Assembly (NCBI RefSeq): GCF_030144855.1
Contig: NW_026781620.1
Coordinates: 1 to 64,000 of the forward strand
Direction of reading: 5' to 3'
Source of the DNA: Hypanus sabinus
Taxonomy: Eukaryota
DNA length: 64,000 nucleotides
This document shows, in pieces, positions 1-10,936 of this stretch. Under the pieces are notes generated by a model that ran no database searches, was not told the origin of the DNA, and saw nothing but the letters and a program-made list of their open reading frames with translations. The position numbers and the translations under genes were made by a program. The first letter of the stretch is position 1, and each line of letters starts with the position of its first letter.

Positions 1-309
1 GGCTGTCTCGCTTGGTGAGGTCGTTATTCCTTTCCTGACAACAGATCCCGGCCTTGTTTAAACGAGGTATGCTGCGGTGACGGGTTTTCAGCTCAGTAAC
101 GAAGCCATCAGAGTTTGAAGATCGTCCAATTTATTTATGTGTTTGTCAGTACTTCCTAATTATCTATCTACTTACTTATCTATTACCTTATTTGTTTATT
201 CTCTTCCTTACTTAGTCACATACTCTCTTGTTTTTAAATACCCTCCTTCAAGCCGCGCCACCCACCCATTTCAGAATTAACCTTCGCCTCATCCCGGCGC
301 ATTTTGCAA

Positions 310-402
310 CCAGCAATTAACCTAACCACCAGTACTTCGGTAGACTGCGGGAAGAAAGCGGAGCAGAGTGGCGGGACGTGGAAACTTCTTACAGACAGCG
401 GC
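310..402 (-). mobile_element. tRNA-derived SINE remnant (shark/ray type)
   Basis: aattaacctaacc...gactgcgggaagaaagcggagc...cttacagacagcgg resembles the reverse complement of common chondrichthyan SINEs; recognised from memory, no search run. Confidence 0.4.
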
Positions 403-699
403 TTAACCTGATCTACCTAATTTACCTCCATCCCCACACTCCAGCTGATTTTTTACTCACACCCTACTCCTCTCTTCATTCACAATCTCTCCCTTCCGTC
501 ATCTTTTTTTTTCCTGATGCTTTTATTTCCCCCCCCCCCACTTACAGCCGACCTCCTCACCCCATTCATAAACTTGCCTTTCACATCCAGTGCCGGTCAC
601 AATCCATCAGTGTTTCCTCTCTGAGCTCAAACATGGCCCTTGTGGTTATGGACCGACTACCTTGTCAAACAAATTACATTCGACCTTTATAATAGTATA

Positions 700-900
700 A
701 ACCCGTTTGTGAAAATAAGCCCGGCCGATCCATCCTCAATTCATCTGCAGTCGTCCTATCCAGGATGCACTCCTATGAATATCTCCTCCTCTCTTCCTAT
801 TGTCGCAACACCATTCCTGTCCAAGCTGTGTGCAATATTCCGGTTCTGGTCTAATCCACCTTCAGTTGATTACGACTTCTTTCACCTTATACTCAATGCC
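700..900 (-). mobile_element. Decayed CR1 reverse-transcriptase C-terminal remnant
   Basis: Minus strand gagggcattgagtataaggtgaaagaagtc...ttagaccagaaccggaatattgc resembles the CR1 motif RGIEYKSKEV...VRPHLEYC. Confidence 0.4.
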
Positions 901-1467
901 CTCCACAAGGAAAGGGAGACTGTTTCTCCTTTCTCAGCGTCGATGGCAGAAGGACGGAGTAACGTCTCCTATGAGATGAAATAATTTTAGCATGGAATTA
1001 TGGGCGGCGAAATTCACGGGGTAATTTTAATTGTAAAGGCGATCGAAAGCAAACAAATAAAAGAATGAAAGAAAATCCGGTGTTCCGGAAAAAAATAAGT
1101 GTTCCATTTCTAAAGGCAGGAAGAGCGTCTCTTTTGGAAAACAGCAGGTAACGGAAAGTTTGTGACAGGGCAGAATCAAAAGAGCGTCTGTGCAATTAAA
1201 TCTCATGGTCTCGATTCCGCCTCATATTCAGGTAAATCGTTGTCAGTACGGGGCTTGTTGGAGAGTGCTGACTGTGCGTGACATCACAGTGCTGGTGTAA
1301 GAGCTGGCATCTTGCCAGAAGATTGGGCACCTGCTCTCTCACCGTTGTTACAAAACCCTTCTGCTTCCAGTCTGCATCGCGTTTCCTCTGTCAAATGCAA
1401 AGGTAGACAAGACGCGACCACAGAGCCAAGTGTGCTTGCTCAGTCAGGCCTTTTACAGGCAGTCTCG

Positions 1468-1506
1468 GGATTTTGTCGAGCTCTCCCCTCTCGACGCGTA
1501 ACTGTG
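1468..1506 (-). other. V(D)J recombination signal sequence with 23-bp spacer
   Basis: Minus strand: heptamer CACAGTT (1506-1500), exactly 23 nt (1499-1477), nonamer ACAAAATCC (1476-1468), directly after ...TGC GCC TGG AGT CTA. Confidence 0.92.
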
Positions 1507-1801
1507 TAGACTCCAGGCGCAGAAATACACGGCCGAGTGATTCACCCTCAGGCTGTTGGTCACCAGTTTGTTCTCGTTATCTTTAAGCGCCTGCAGGGTA
1601 ATCCATCAACTTCCCCGTCTGGATTCCTAAAGTTAGCTCCGTAGCTGTAGAACATGAATTGCGGCCCCTGCCCCGGGTACTGGCGGGACCAGTACACGTT
1701 ATAAGTGCTGCTGCCCTCCACGTTGCAGGATAGCGCCATCGTGTTCCCCAGAGATCCGGAAAAAGCCGGTGGAGACTGCCGGATAGTTTGTGAGTTCGCG
1801 G
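1507..1801 (-). pseudogene. TRBV: T-cell receptor variable segment V exon, beta-like, with a 1-nt frameshift near 1600
   Basis: Acceptor ctcctctcttccccAG at 1803-1802. Hand translation ANSQTIRQSPPAFSGSLGNTMALSCNVEGSSTYNVYWSRQYPGQGPQFMFYSYGANFRNPDGEVDG, then after restoring one base FTLQALKDNENKLVTNSLRVNHSAVYFCAWSL. Both V-domain Cys, the Trp and the 3' RSS are present; the CAWS ending is TCR-beta-like. Confidence 0.85.
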
Positions 1802-2135
1802 CTGGGGAAGAGAGGAGCGGAGTATGACGTCAGTAGGCAGGTAGACACGGATCATGGAGAAAGGGAGCAAGGAAGCAGAGGATAAATGCGGGAAGCAGAG
1901 ACATATGGGGAAAAGAGAAAAAAATGGGAAAGTGAGTGAGAGAATAGAATAAAATAAATATAATTGGATGGACAAAGTTGAAAACTAAATTGCAAACCGG
2001 CGCAACGATGAAAAAAGTGAGAAAGAAAAGCTAGAGAGCGTTGGAAAATTAAATATTTCAAGAATTAACGGAGCACAGAAAGGGTAATGCAGAATTGGTT
2101 GCTTAAACTACTCGGAAATTGAAGCTGTCCTTTAC

Positions 2136-2172
2136 CGTGAAACCAGATTAGCAGCTCCAATAACACGAACAT
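2136..2172 (-). pseudogene. TRBV: Leader (signal peptide) exon of the TCR V segment
   Basis: ATG at 2172, MFVLLELLIWFH plus G, then donor GTAAAG; phase-1 334-bp intron (1802-2135) joins in frame to the V exon, the standard Ig/TCR leader-V layout. Confidence 0.82.
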
Positions 2173-2260
2173 CTTTCAACTTAGACAGTTTCCTCCAAGC
2201 GGAAGGGCTTTCGGAATGAACCACCTTTTGAATGCCCTGTCAGGGTGAACGGACAAAGCT

Positions 2261-2285
2261 CCGCCCCTCAACCATACGTCACTGA
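2261..2285 (-). promoter_or_regulatory. Candidate V promoter: CRE-like decamer and GC box
   Basis: Minus strand CAGTGACGTA about 105 nt upstream of the leader ATG resembles the V-beta promoter decamer AGTGAYRTCA; GC box ccgcccc at 2261-2267. Confidence 0.45.
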
Positions 2286-3119
2286 GTAGCGACACTGGAA
2301 GCTTTGAGTTTCAATGGTGTATGGATCAATTCATTTGCCGATCCGGATGTTATTCGAAAGGTCGGGCCCCATTCCAAGTTCAGAAGGACAGCGGGAGCGG
2401 GAACGACAACGGGGACATGACGATGTAACTTCAATGTCTCACATTGAGTCATCGTACCGCTTTGGGAGGCGCAGAGGGGTATATAAGCAGGGAGGTACGG
2501 ATTACGTTCAGCAGAAAGACAGAATTACTTCGTATATGGTGGTCCCAAGTGCGACATTCCGTGTCATTCATAAATTACTAATAGCAGAGTTGTAGAATAT
2601 GTATTACAGACGCTGACCTCAAGGCCCGAAAGTTTATTGTTTGAGATGTCTAGATGGCAGCATCGTATACTAGTGCATTACTGAAAAAGACGCTTCGGTC
2701 TAAATTGCAAACTCCGATAAATAACTTCATTACTCCCGTCATGCAAATTATAATCATGCCAGAAATTCGGCAGGGATGACGATTGTAGTGAACATTGAAA
2801 GTGTATAGCACGGAATTCTCCAGAATGCAGCGAACTAAGCGAAGCAGAACTTGTTATATGGCAACGAACCACTTGGCTGCTCGTTAGATTTCGAGAATGG
2901 GATTAACCGGGCACGCAAACGCTTTACTCTGCGACCCTGCAGCTGAGACTTGGCAAACCTAAAGCCATATTCTCGTGTAGAGTGCCGCCCTGCGGCCGCA
3001 ATAGGAACAACCCTGCCACAGCAGCTTGTGGAACGGAGACAGTCACGACTGCGACGGGATTATTCGGCCGAATGTGATGGTGCTGTGACAGAATAGACTA
3101 CTAACCAGTAACCCTAACC

Positions 3120-3715
3120 ATACACCTGTCTCTCTAAATGCCTGCAAGTAAATAAATATCAAGTTTATCTCTGTTGTCACATACGTACTTCGATAATAAA
3201 TTTATCTTGATTGGGACTTTGACTGCATCGAGAACTGTAAAATCTCCGGAGCATACATGAGAAGCATCATCATTATTTTCCGTGGATAGGAGGGATAAAC
3301 CCCAAATTATAGAATTTCATTCTGAGGGACATCTGTTTACGCTCAAATGAAGTTAGCCACACGGAATGAGTTGTTGGAAGAAGTAGTATAATAGGGTACG
3401 TTTACCACATTCGGGCAGCTACACAGATGGTATCGCTTCAAGGATGTATTGAGTAAACGGATGCAAATAGAAGTAAAGTACACAGGCTCCCTTGTACTGT
3501 AACTCCAAACCAACAGAGGGCGCTCTATAACAAAAAAACAGCGACATTGACTTCTGATTGGGAAGCTGCCGTCCAGCCACCCAGTCACCGCAACACACAC
3601 GACCGGGTGTCCTGATCCAAAAAAATCATGTCTCACGTGCGCTGACTGTGCTTGCCTCCATCTCTGACGGAGCGATTACGTGAAGCAGAGACATCAAAGG
3701 TCCAGGTGCAGTTCG
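3120..3715 (+). repeat. Old local duplicate A (paralog at about 5900-6515)
   Basis: atacgtacttcgataataaat...gagggacat...ggaatgagttg...gcgacattg...tctcac(g/c)tgcgct align colinearly between the two copies. Confidence 0.75.
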
Positions 3716-3799
3716 TGCAATTATCTTGAAGATATCATCACAGGACACCGATAGAGGGATGGCCACAGGCAGACACATGAATAGAAAAAAAAAACTTAC

Positions 3800-4165
3800 C
3801 CCAGCATCTCCTCTGTAACTACTTCAAACCGCATTAAAACTGCGCCTTCTCGTGCTTGTCATTGCAGCCCGGGGAAAAAGGCTCTGACTGTCCACCCGAG
3901 TAATGCATCTCATTATCTTGCACACCTCTATCAGGTCACCTCTCATCCTCCGTTGCTCCAAGATGTTCATTCAACCTATTCTCATAAGGCATGTTCCCCA
4001 AACCAGGCAACATTCTTGTAATTCTGCTCAGCACCCTTTCTATGGTTTCCATGTCCTTCCTCTAGTGATGAAACCAGAAATGTGCACAGTACTCCAAGTG
4101 TTGTTTGACCAGAGTCCTATACAGCTGCTACATTACCTCTCGGCTCTTAAACTCAATTGGTCCAT
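3800..4165 (-). mobile_element. CR1 3' RT fragment
   Basis: tacctctatcaggtcacctctc-like and cacagtactccaagtg motifs are the reverse complement of CR1 RGDLIEVYK and HLEYC coding sequence. Confidence 0.7.
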
Positions 4166-4169
4166 TCGG

Positions 4170-4385
4170 AGATTTGTTTTTAAAGAATCATTTTCTTAAT
4201 AGCAGATCAAATTAGCTGATTATGTCTCCGACTCAAAGACGTTCCCAAATCATTTGCTTAATAAAAGGCAGAATAATATGCCGTTATCAGTCACCTGACA
4301 ATGAATTATTATTTCTTGAATGTTAATCCAGTTTTGGCGGCTGCACCGCTCATTTCTCAATTGCTGTGGACGTATGTACTGTTGG
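4170..4385 (+). repeat. Old local duplicate B (paralog at about 5265-5445)
   Basis: tcaaagacg...atcatttg...gttatcag...taatccagt...ggcggctgca shared by both copies. Confidence 0.7.
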
Positions 4386-5264
4386 TACTTGGCATTGTAG
4401 CTTTCTTAATATTTACCTAGATATTGCTGCCTAGGCCTAATTGTGTATTGTTATTCTGTAATGTCTTTCCGATGATACCAGTTGTAGATATTACTTTCGG
4501 AACAGCGGATACCTTATTCGTGTTCCAAACTCTTTCAATTTGCTCTTTCAATTCGGCATATTTCTGTTGATTTTTCACTTACAGACTTCTGCATGTTTTG
4601 TGTGATAAAAGGAAATTTTTTGTTGGCTGAAGAACATCTGCCAATCTGATTTCAAAAGTAAACATAAAGCAAAATTAATTCGATGTTCCGATATTAATAT
4701 TATAATACCTTGAAAAAGCACGGAGACAAAAATGAAAAATAACGGGGGCTTAAGCAATCCATAGAGTAGACAGATAAGACGGATGAGGTCATATCATCAT
4801 CATCATCGAAAACGGGATTCAACGCTCCACGGGAGAGCATATAATTGTAATATGAAGTACACACCACCAATCCTAAATAAGATCATTACCGAGAGAAATG
4901 AAGGTAAAGTTAACCAATGGAAGATTATGACGCTCCACTGAAAAAAAAAACCTTGATTTTACTAGCAAAGAGGAATGGGGCCGAAGGGCTCCCTCTGCAC
5001 CGCTTGATACATAAGTCCTGGCAATTGCTATTACTAACCAAAGTAGACTATTAGTTTTCTATGACGTCAGCAGACGATCAATTGACAAACGTTATGCTCG
5101 GTCAGGCGTCATTTCCGGTGATAAATTCCATCGACAAGAGTACAGGTGAAAAAGGGAAGAGGGAGCTTTCGCTCCCAAACAGCGTTTCAGAAGGGCAATG
5201 CATCTCCCCGCTGACGTGACCCTCGCTTTTCTCACCATATCCCTGACTCTCCCGGAACACTGTG

Positions 5265-5445
5265 AGTTTTATTTTGATTAATTATTTTTTTAGAGCGGGT
5301 CGAGTCAGCTGATATTATCACTGATTCAAAGACGATTCCAGATCATTTGTTTTATAAAACGTGAATATTATGTCGTTATCAGCCAACTGACCATGAACTA
5401 TTGTCTCTTACATCGTAATCCAGTATCGGCGGCTGCATCGACATT
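5265..5445 (+). repeat. Duplicate B, second copy
   Basis: Aligns with 4170-4385. Confidence 0.7.
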
Positions 5446-5899
5446 CAATATGATCTTGGCTGATCTCACCATGGACTCATCTACACCTACATGTCTTTTC
5501 TCCATAACCTCCACTGATATGAAATAAAATCTATCCAACCTTTTCTTAAATATGTTTACTGAGGGAAAATATGTTTATATGTTGTGGGAACGCTCTGATG
5601 GCACAGCGTTGACTTGCACAGAGAGCAGCAGGACACTAGGGGGTGTCACTGAGCAGAAAGCTAAAGGAATAAAAGAAGACAGTTCACTGAAATTGGCACC
5701 GCGCAGGAAGAAAACTGGACGAACTCCTGGAGATCCACCGACCAATTCGAACCCGCGGAATTTCACTCATTAGGTCGCTAAACTGATTGTAGAGACGTCA
5801 GCCTCACTTGCAGGGACATGCAACGAATCTTCTTGGTATAATGTTTTTATTTGCACGAATTTTTAATTTTCCTTTCACAGTCTCAGGTTTTGTATGGTT

Positions 5900-6515
5900 A
5901 TTCACGAATTTATGGTGTATTTCCCCGCAAATACCCGTAGTTTAATAAATCTCAAGGCCACTTGCGGCGTCATATACGTACTTCGATAATAAATATATTT
6001 TCACTTGACTTTGACTTTATCGAGACCTGTAAAAAATCTGGGAGCTTGCATAAGATGCCTCATCGTTATTTGCTGTGGTTCGGACAGGTTAACCTCAAAT
6101 TACAGCAGATCATGTTGAGGGACATATGCTTGTACTCGGATAAAGTGTGATAGGTGGAATGAGTTGCTGCAAGACGAGGTAGAGAAGTTTACGTTTACTA
6201 GAGTCCTGCAGGGTCAGCAGTGGTAAAGCTTTCAAGACTTATTGAGGAAACGGAGGCAAATGGAATTACAATACAGAGGACCCTGTAGTACCATAACATC
6301 AAGCCGAAAAATGGCGCTCTTCGTCCAAAACTGGCGACATTGTTTTCTGTTTTGTTTTTTCAGCTGCCTTTCACCCAAACAGTCAGCGCATCACACAAGA
6401 CCAGGTGTTCTGAACCACCAGATTCCTATCTCACCTGCGCTCACTGCAGCTGCCTTCATCTCGTACGGAACGATCACATGGAGCAGAAACTTCAAAGATC
6501 TAAGTGCGGTTCACC
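5900..6515 (+). repeat. Duplicate A, second copy
   Basis: Aligns with 3120-3715. Confidence 0.75.
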
Positions 6516-6519
6516 TTAG

Positions 6520-8030
6520 GAAAGATGGCGCTGGAGTTTTAGAAAGTATCAGGTTGGATCAGTCGCCGGGACCGGATGAGACGTATCTCAGGTAACTGCA
6601 GGAGACAAGGGTGGAGATTGCTGAGCCTCTGACGATGATTGCATCATCAATTGCGGCGCGAGAGATTCCGGAGAACTGGAGGCTTGCGGATGTTGTTACA
6701 TTATTCAAGAAAGTGGGTACAGATAGCGCAGGGAATTACAGACCATTGAGACTTACTTCAGTGGTTGGTAAGTTAATGAAGACGATCGTGAGAGGCAGGA
6801 TTTATGAACATTTGGAAAGGTATAATATGATTAGGAGTAGTCAGCATGACTTTGACCAGGGCAGGTCATACATTACATCAGTAATAGAATGTTTCGAGGA
6901 TTTAACTAAACATGGAGGTGAAGGAAGAGAAGTAGATGTAGTGTATATGGATTTCCGCAAGGCATTTAAAAAGGTACCCAATCAATGCCTTGTTGAGAAA
7001 GTACGGAGGGATGGGATCCATGGGGACATTGCTTTGAGGATCCAGAACTGGCTTGCACACCGAAGGCAAAGACAGTTTGTAGACGGGTTATATACTGCGT
7101 GCATGTCGGTGAACTGGAAGTATGGGTTAGTAACCTTACTGATGACACAAAGGTTGGAGTATTTTGGATAGTGTGGAGATCTGTCAGAAGTTCCAGCGGG
7201 ACATTGATTGGATGGAAACCTGGGCAGAGTGGTTGGAGATGGTGTTCAACCCAGATATGTGTGAAGTGGTTCGTTTTGTTAGCTCAAATATAATGGCAGA
7301 ATATAGTATTATTGGCAAGATTCTTGGCAGTTTCAAGGTTCGGAAGGATCCTGTGGTCCGAGTCCATAGGACGCTCAATGTCGCTGCGCACGTTGACTCT
7401 GTTGTCAAGAAGGCGTATGGAGCTTTCGCCTTCATCAGTCGTGGGATTGTGTTCAAGAGGCGAGAGGTTTCATTGCAGCGATACTGGACCCTGGTCAACC
7501 CCACTTGTAGTACTGTGCTCAGAATTAGACCCCTCACTACAAGAAGGATGTGGAAAACATAGATAGGGTGTAGAGCAGAGTTACATGTGTGTTGCCTGAA
7601 TTGGGTTGCATGCCTTACGAGAACAGGTGTTTACTCCTTGGAGTGACGGAGGATAAGTGTTGACCTCATAGAGCTGTATAAGATGATGAGATACATTGAT
7701 CATCTGGATAGTCAGAGACTTTATCCCAGGGTTGAAATGGCTATCAGGAGAGGGCACAGTATTAAGCTGCTGGTAGGTGGTAGTGGAGATGTCAGGTTAC
7801 ATTTTCCAGGTAGGGATTGGTGCTTACGTGTAATGACCTGCCGCTGACGGTGGTGAAGATAGATACGACAGGGTTTTTAAGATACTCCTGGATAGTCACA
7901 TGAAGCTTAAAAAAATAGAGACTTATTGGTAACACTAGCTAATTAATAAAGTAAATAATAAATTAATAAAGTAAAGCTCGGCAAAAATTGTGGTCCGAAG
8001 TTCCTGTAATGTGTTGTAGACTTTCTGTTT
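6520..8030 (+). mobile_element. 5'-truncated decayed CR1 LINE (ORF2 RT and 3' tail)
   Basis: ORFs 6611-7171 and 7164-7562 show SPGPD, NYRPLRLTSVVGK, VDVVYMDFRKAF, CEVVRF; paralogous to the CR1 at 31085-32620 including the 3' flank. Confidence 0.92.
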
Positions 8031-8540
8031 TTCGATAATTGCTAACTAATCATTTCTGCTTGTAAAATGAGCATAACCTTCAATTTTCTCTATCGACCAC
8101 TGTATTCCTCGGTATCTTTTAAAGGCCACTTATCCTTATGCCTCGAACACCACAAAATGAAGTGCATCCCATGTACGCACTACTCTCTGTGTAAACGTCT
8201 TGCCCTTTCGAGGGCATTTGAACCTACCGCATGAACATTGCCCGACGCTTTGTATATGTTTGCAAATAAATTATTTTGTGTCATCTGCAAGATTTTCAAT
8301 TCCCTTATTTGCAGACATCCTAATCTGTTTTATATATATATATATATCACAAATCCCAGAGGATTCACTGTCGGACATTAACTATGGAGTGTTCTTTATG
8401 CGTTGTGATGAAAATGAGATTCCTGAGTTACAACATAAAATCTCTCCATCAGAATCTGCCACCTACTGGCTGCATAAATATCTACAAATCTACAAACAGC
8501 AGAGTTACTGAATTACCTGTGCACGGGCAGGTGTATTGAC

Positions 8541-9650
8541 AGTTATATACCCCCCGGGTTCATTCTTTCTGTGGTCTGTCACTTCAAAGAGGCCGAGAGA
8601 ATTAAGATTGACGTTGAGATACACCTGGATTTCTGCAGACTCTAAAATTTGCTACATTGCTATAGTGAGTGAGATGGCGTCATTTGGTGGGACATGAATG
8701 TTTACATTTTCCTGTGGCTTGTTTTCGCATATACAATGACATAGAGACAGACTGTCAGAGTCTAGATCAATTTGCTGAATCCGAGACACCAGTGAGTATG
8801 ACGCTGGTGTAAACATTCAGTCGCCGAAATGGATAAGTTGAGATCGATCCAGTGTATCAATGAATGACTCTCACAAGTCGCAGGAAGTAGAAGAAGGTTG
8901 CAGAGAGGAGAAGAGGGGAAGGTTTCAAAGAGAGGAAACCATGTGACAAGGAGATCACTGTTTGGACTCTGTCTCCAAGCAGCCAGTGAGGATGAGTTCG
9001 TTTCCATTCGGATAGGAAAGTGTGCTTGTCACAGTGTTAATCCGCAGGAGGGGTTTCTCTGTTGGGGTGAAAAGTTTTGTGGATACCACGTATGTGTTTA
9101 CCTTTGTCTGGGCGTGGTAGTTCACTGAAGAAAGGCACCCTTTGTGGAAAACCACTGTTGGAGATAATTCGTAGGTCGTGGATACGGAGATGTAGCTATC
9201 ACGAGTGCGATTGTGGTAACCTTGAGGAATATAACGGCGTGTCCACCCTTGCCTGGATGGTGGAAACCTTGAAGACGTCAGACTTGTGATAAGCTACTGT
9301 TAGCGATGTTTCGTGTGGGGATTCAGAGAACAACAAGAATATCGACGTCACCTGTTTGTTTGGATTACAAATTCATCTCACTTACTTCAATGTATGTGCA
9401 TTTAAACTAAACAGAAATTTCTGACACACCATCGTAAGACTGTAACACTTGCCACCTGATCTTGAATAAGTTTGGGAACTTTAATTTTTTACACACCTAT
9501 ATATGCATAACACTGGTAACCCTTGGTTTACCTGGTTTAAATTACTATATTACATAGTTACTAACAAAATAGTGATTGTTAATAGCAAAATCAGACTCCA
9601 GGTGTGTTCTATTGCTGAAAGCGGAGACTTTAACTCTGTTCAGGATAACC
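8541..9650 (+). mobile_element. Solo-LTR-like repeat, copy 1
   Basis: About 1.1-kb non-coding repeat; the homologous copy at 33147 starts TGTTATATACCCC; GT-rich gactccaggtgtgttct near the 3' end; three copies in the window. LTR identity and boundaries are inferred. Confidence 0.5.
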
Positions 9651-10013
9651 AGTCTTCTTGAACGGTTGAAAGGCAGGAGCTCCTGGTACAAACATCCCTC
9701 GCTAGTGGCAAGAGAAGGAGCTGCATCGGGCATACCTGAGCAGGCATTCGGGACTCACGGAATACGGCAGGGCACAACAGTTGTTTCGTGATTGTGATGT
9801 TAAGGCGTCGCATGCAAATAAGGGTAGAATCACCCACTTGGTGGAACTGAGAGAGACATTACAGGGAACCCGTGAGGAAATTAATCTGGAAAGAGCAGAG
9901 TGCAGGCAGACTGGGACACTGCTTTTTCCTGTTGGTGCTGGAGGGATGAAGTGCGGGAGCTAATCGCGTCTGGCAACAGCCGCAGTGGATTGCACATGGG
10001 TTATTTCGGGGCG

Positions 10014-10936
10014 TCACTGTGGATTAATTTTCTCCTGACAACGCCGAGTGAACTTTATTATGAGACAGTAGGGAGATTTCACCGTCTCCTTGAACTGCAG
10101 CCTAAACTTGGTCTGGGCCACGGCGTAAAGAGCCGTGTTGGTACAGCAGCTCAGGAGTTGAAGCATGTAACCGAGTTCACGCGGACTATTCGGGGGATAA
10201 ACGGTAATGTAAACAGCCACTTTATCCCATACGGAATACACCGTCAGCAGTGCCCACAGCAGGATGAAATTCCCCGACATCACCAGCAGTAACAGGAGCG
10301 ATTGCCTGCGGTTCTTCATCTCCGGGTCGGCGGGCGTCTCGCCATCGCGCGAACCACGGAGTCTCCTCCGGGCCCGGCTGACCACTGAGACGTGCCTGAT
10401 AGTTAAACTGTTTAACAGGAGAATCAGGAGAAAGGGAAATATTGGGGTGAGGAGTGAATGAATCAGCAGAAATGTTGTCTCCAGAGATAGGAGAATACGG
10501 AAAGAACGTAAACAGAGCATGAACCAAAGTGACATCGCATATGCCCCATCGAGCAGAAAGTACCAGGAAATGTTCTTCAGGCAGCTCAGCACTGTCACCG
10601 TCCCCAAAACCAGAGCCGCCGCTCTCCCGGTGCAGTATTTTCGTTTTAGCTTCTGAAAGCAAATGGCGACAAATCGATCAAAGGTGAAAGTGACGGTGTA
10701 CCAGACAGAACAGTCCGTGACGGTGTAGAGCATGACTGCGTGAATATTACACACCCGAACACGATCCGACCAGAGGAAAACCTCCACTGGCATGTAACTC
10801 ATCGGAATCTTGTTCAATACCAGATCGAAGAGAACGACCAGTTGATCAGCTGCTACCATGGCGACCAGGTACCGTGTGACACCTTTGGAGAGACCGCATT
10901 TTCCCCGCGACAGGATGACGATTGTCACCAAGTTCA
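10014..10936 (-). CDS. GPR139/GPR142-like class A GPCR 1, coding exon 2 (end of TM1 to TM7 and C-terminus)
   Basis: Open frame with TM2 LVAMVAADQL, TM3 C...FTFDRFVAIC, TM5 LTPIFPF, TM6 GNFILLW, TM7 SCCTNTALY; acceptor ttccctccgcacAG at 10938-10937; spliced product 365 aa. Confidence 0.93.

Noticed and set aside
1583-1975. 130-aa minus ORF overlapping the V exon
   Set aside because: Wrong frame plus a low-complexity intron; the real coding content is the spliced V segment
2314-2595. 93-aa plus ORF with TATATAA at about 2480
   Set aside because: No recognisable domain or splice support; short chance ORF
3790-3850. Strong minus-strand donor GTAAGT considered as a possible J segment end
   Set aside because: No FGxG motif and no upstream RSS
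5258-5264. Isolated RSS heptamers here, at 17407-17413 and at 27586-27592
   Set aside because: No acceptable nonamer at 12 or 23 nt and no adjacent V or J coding sequence; the last lies inside CR1
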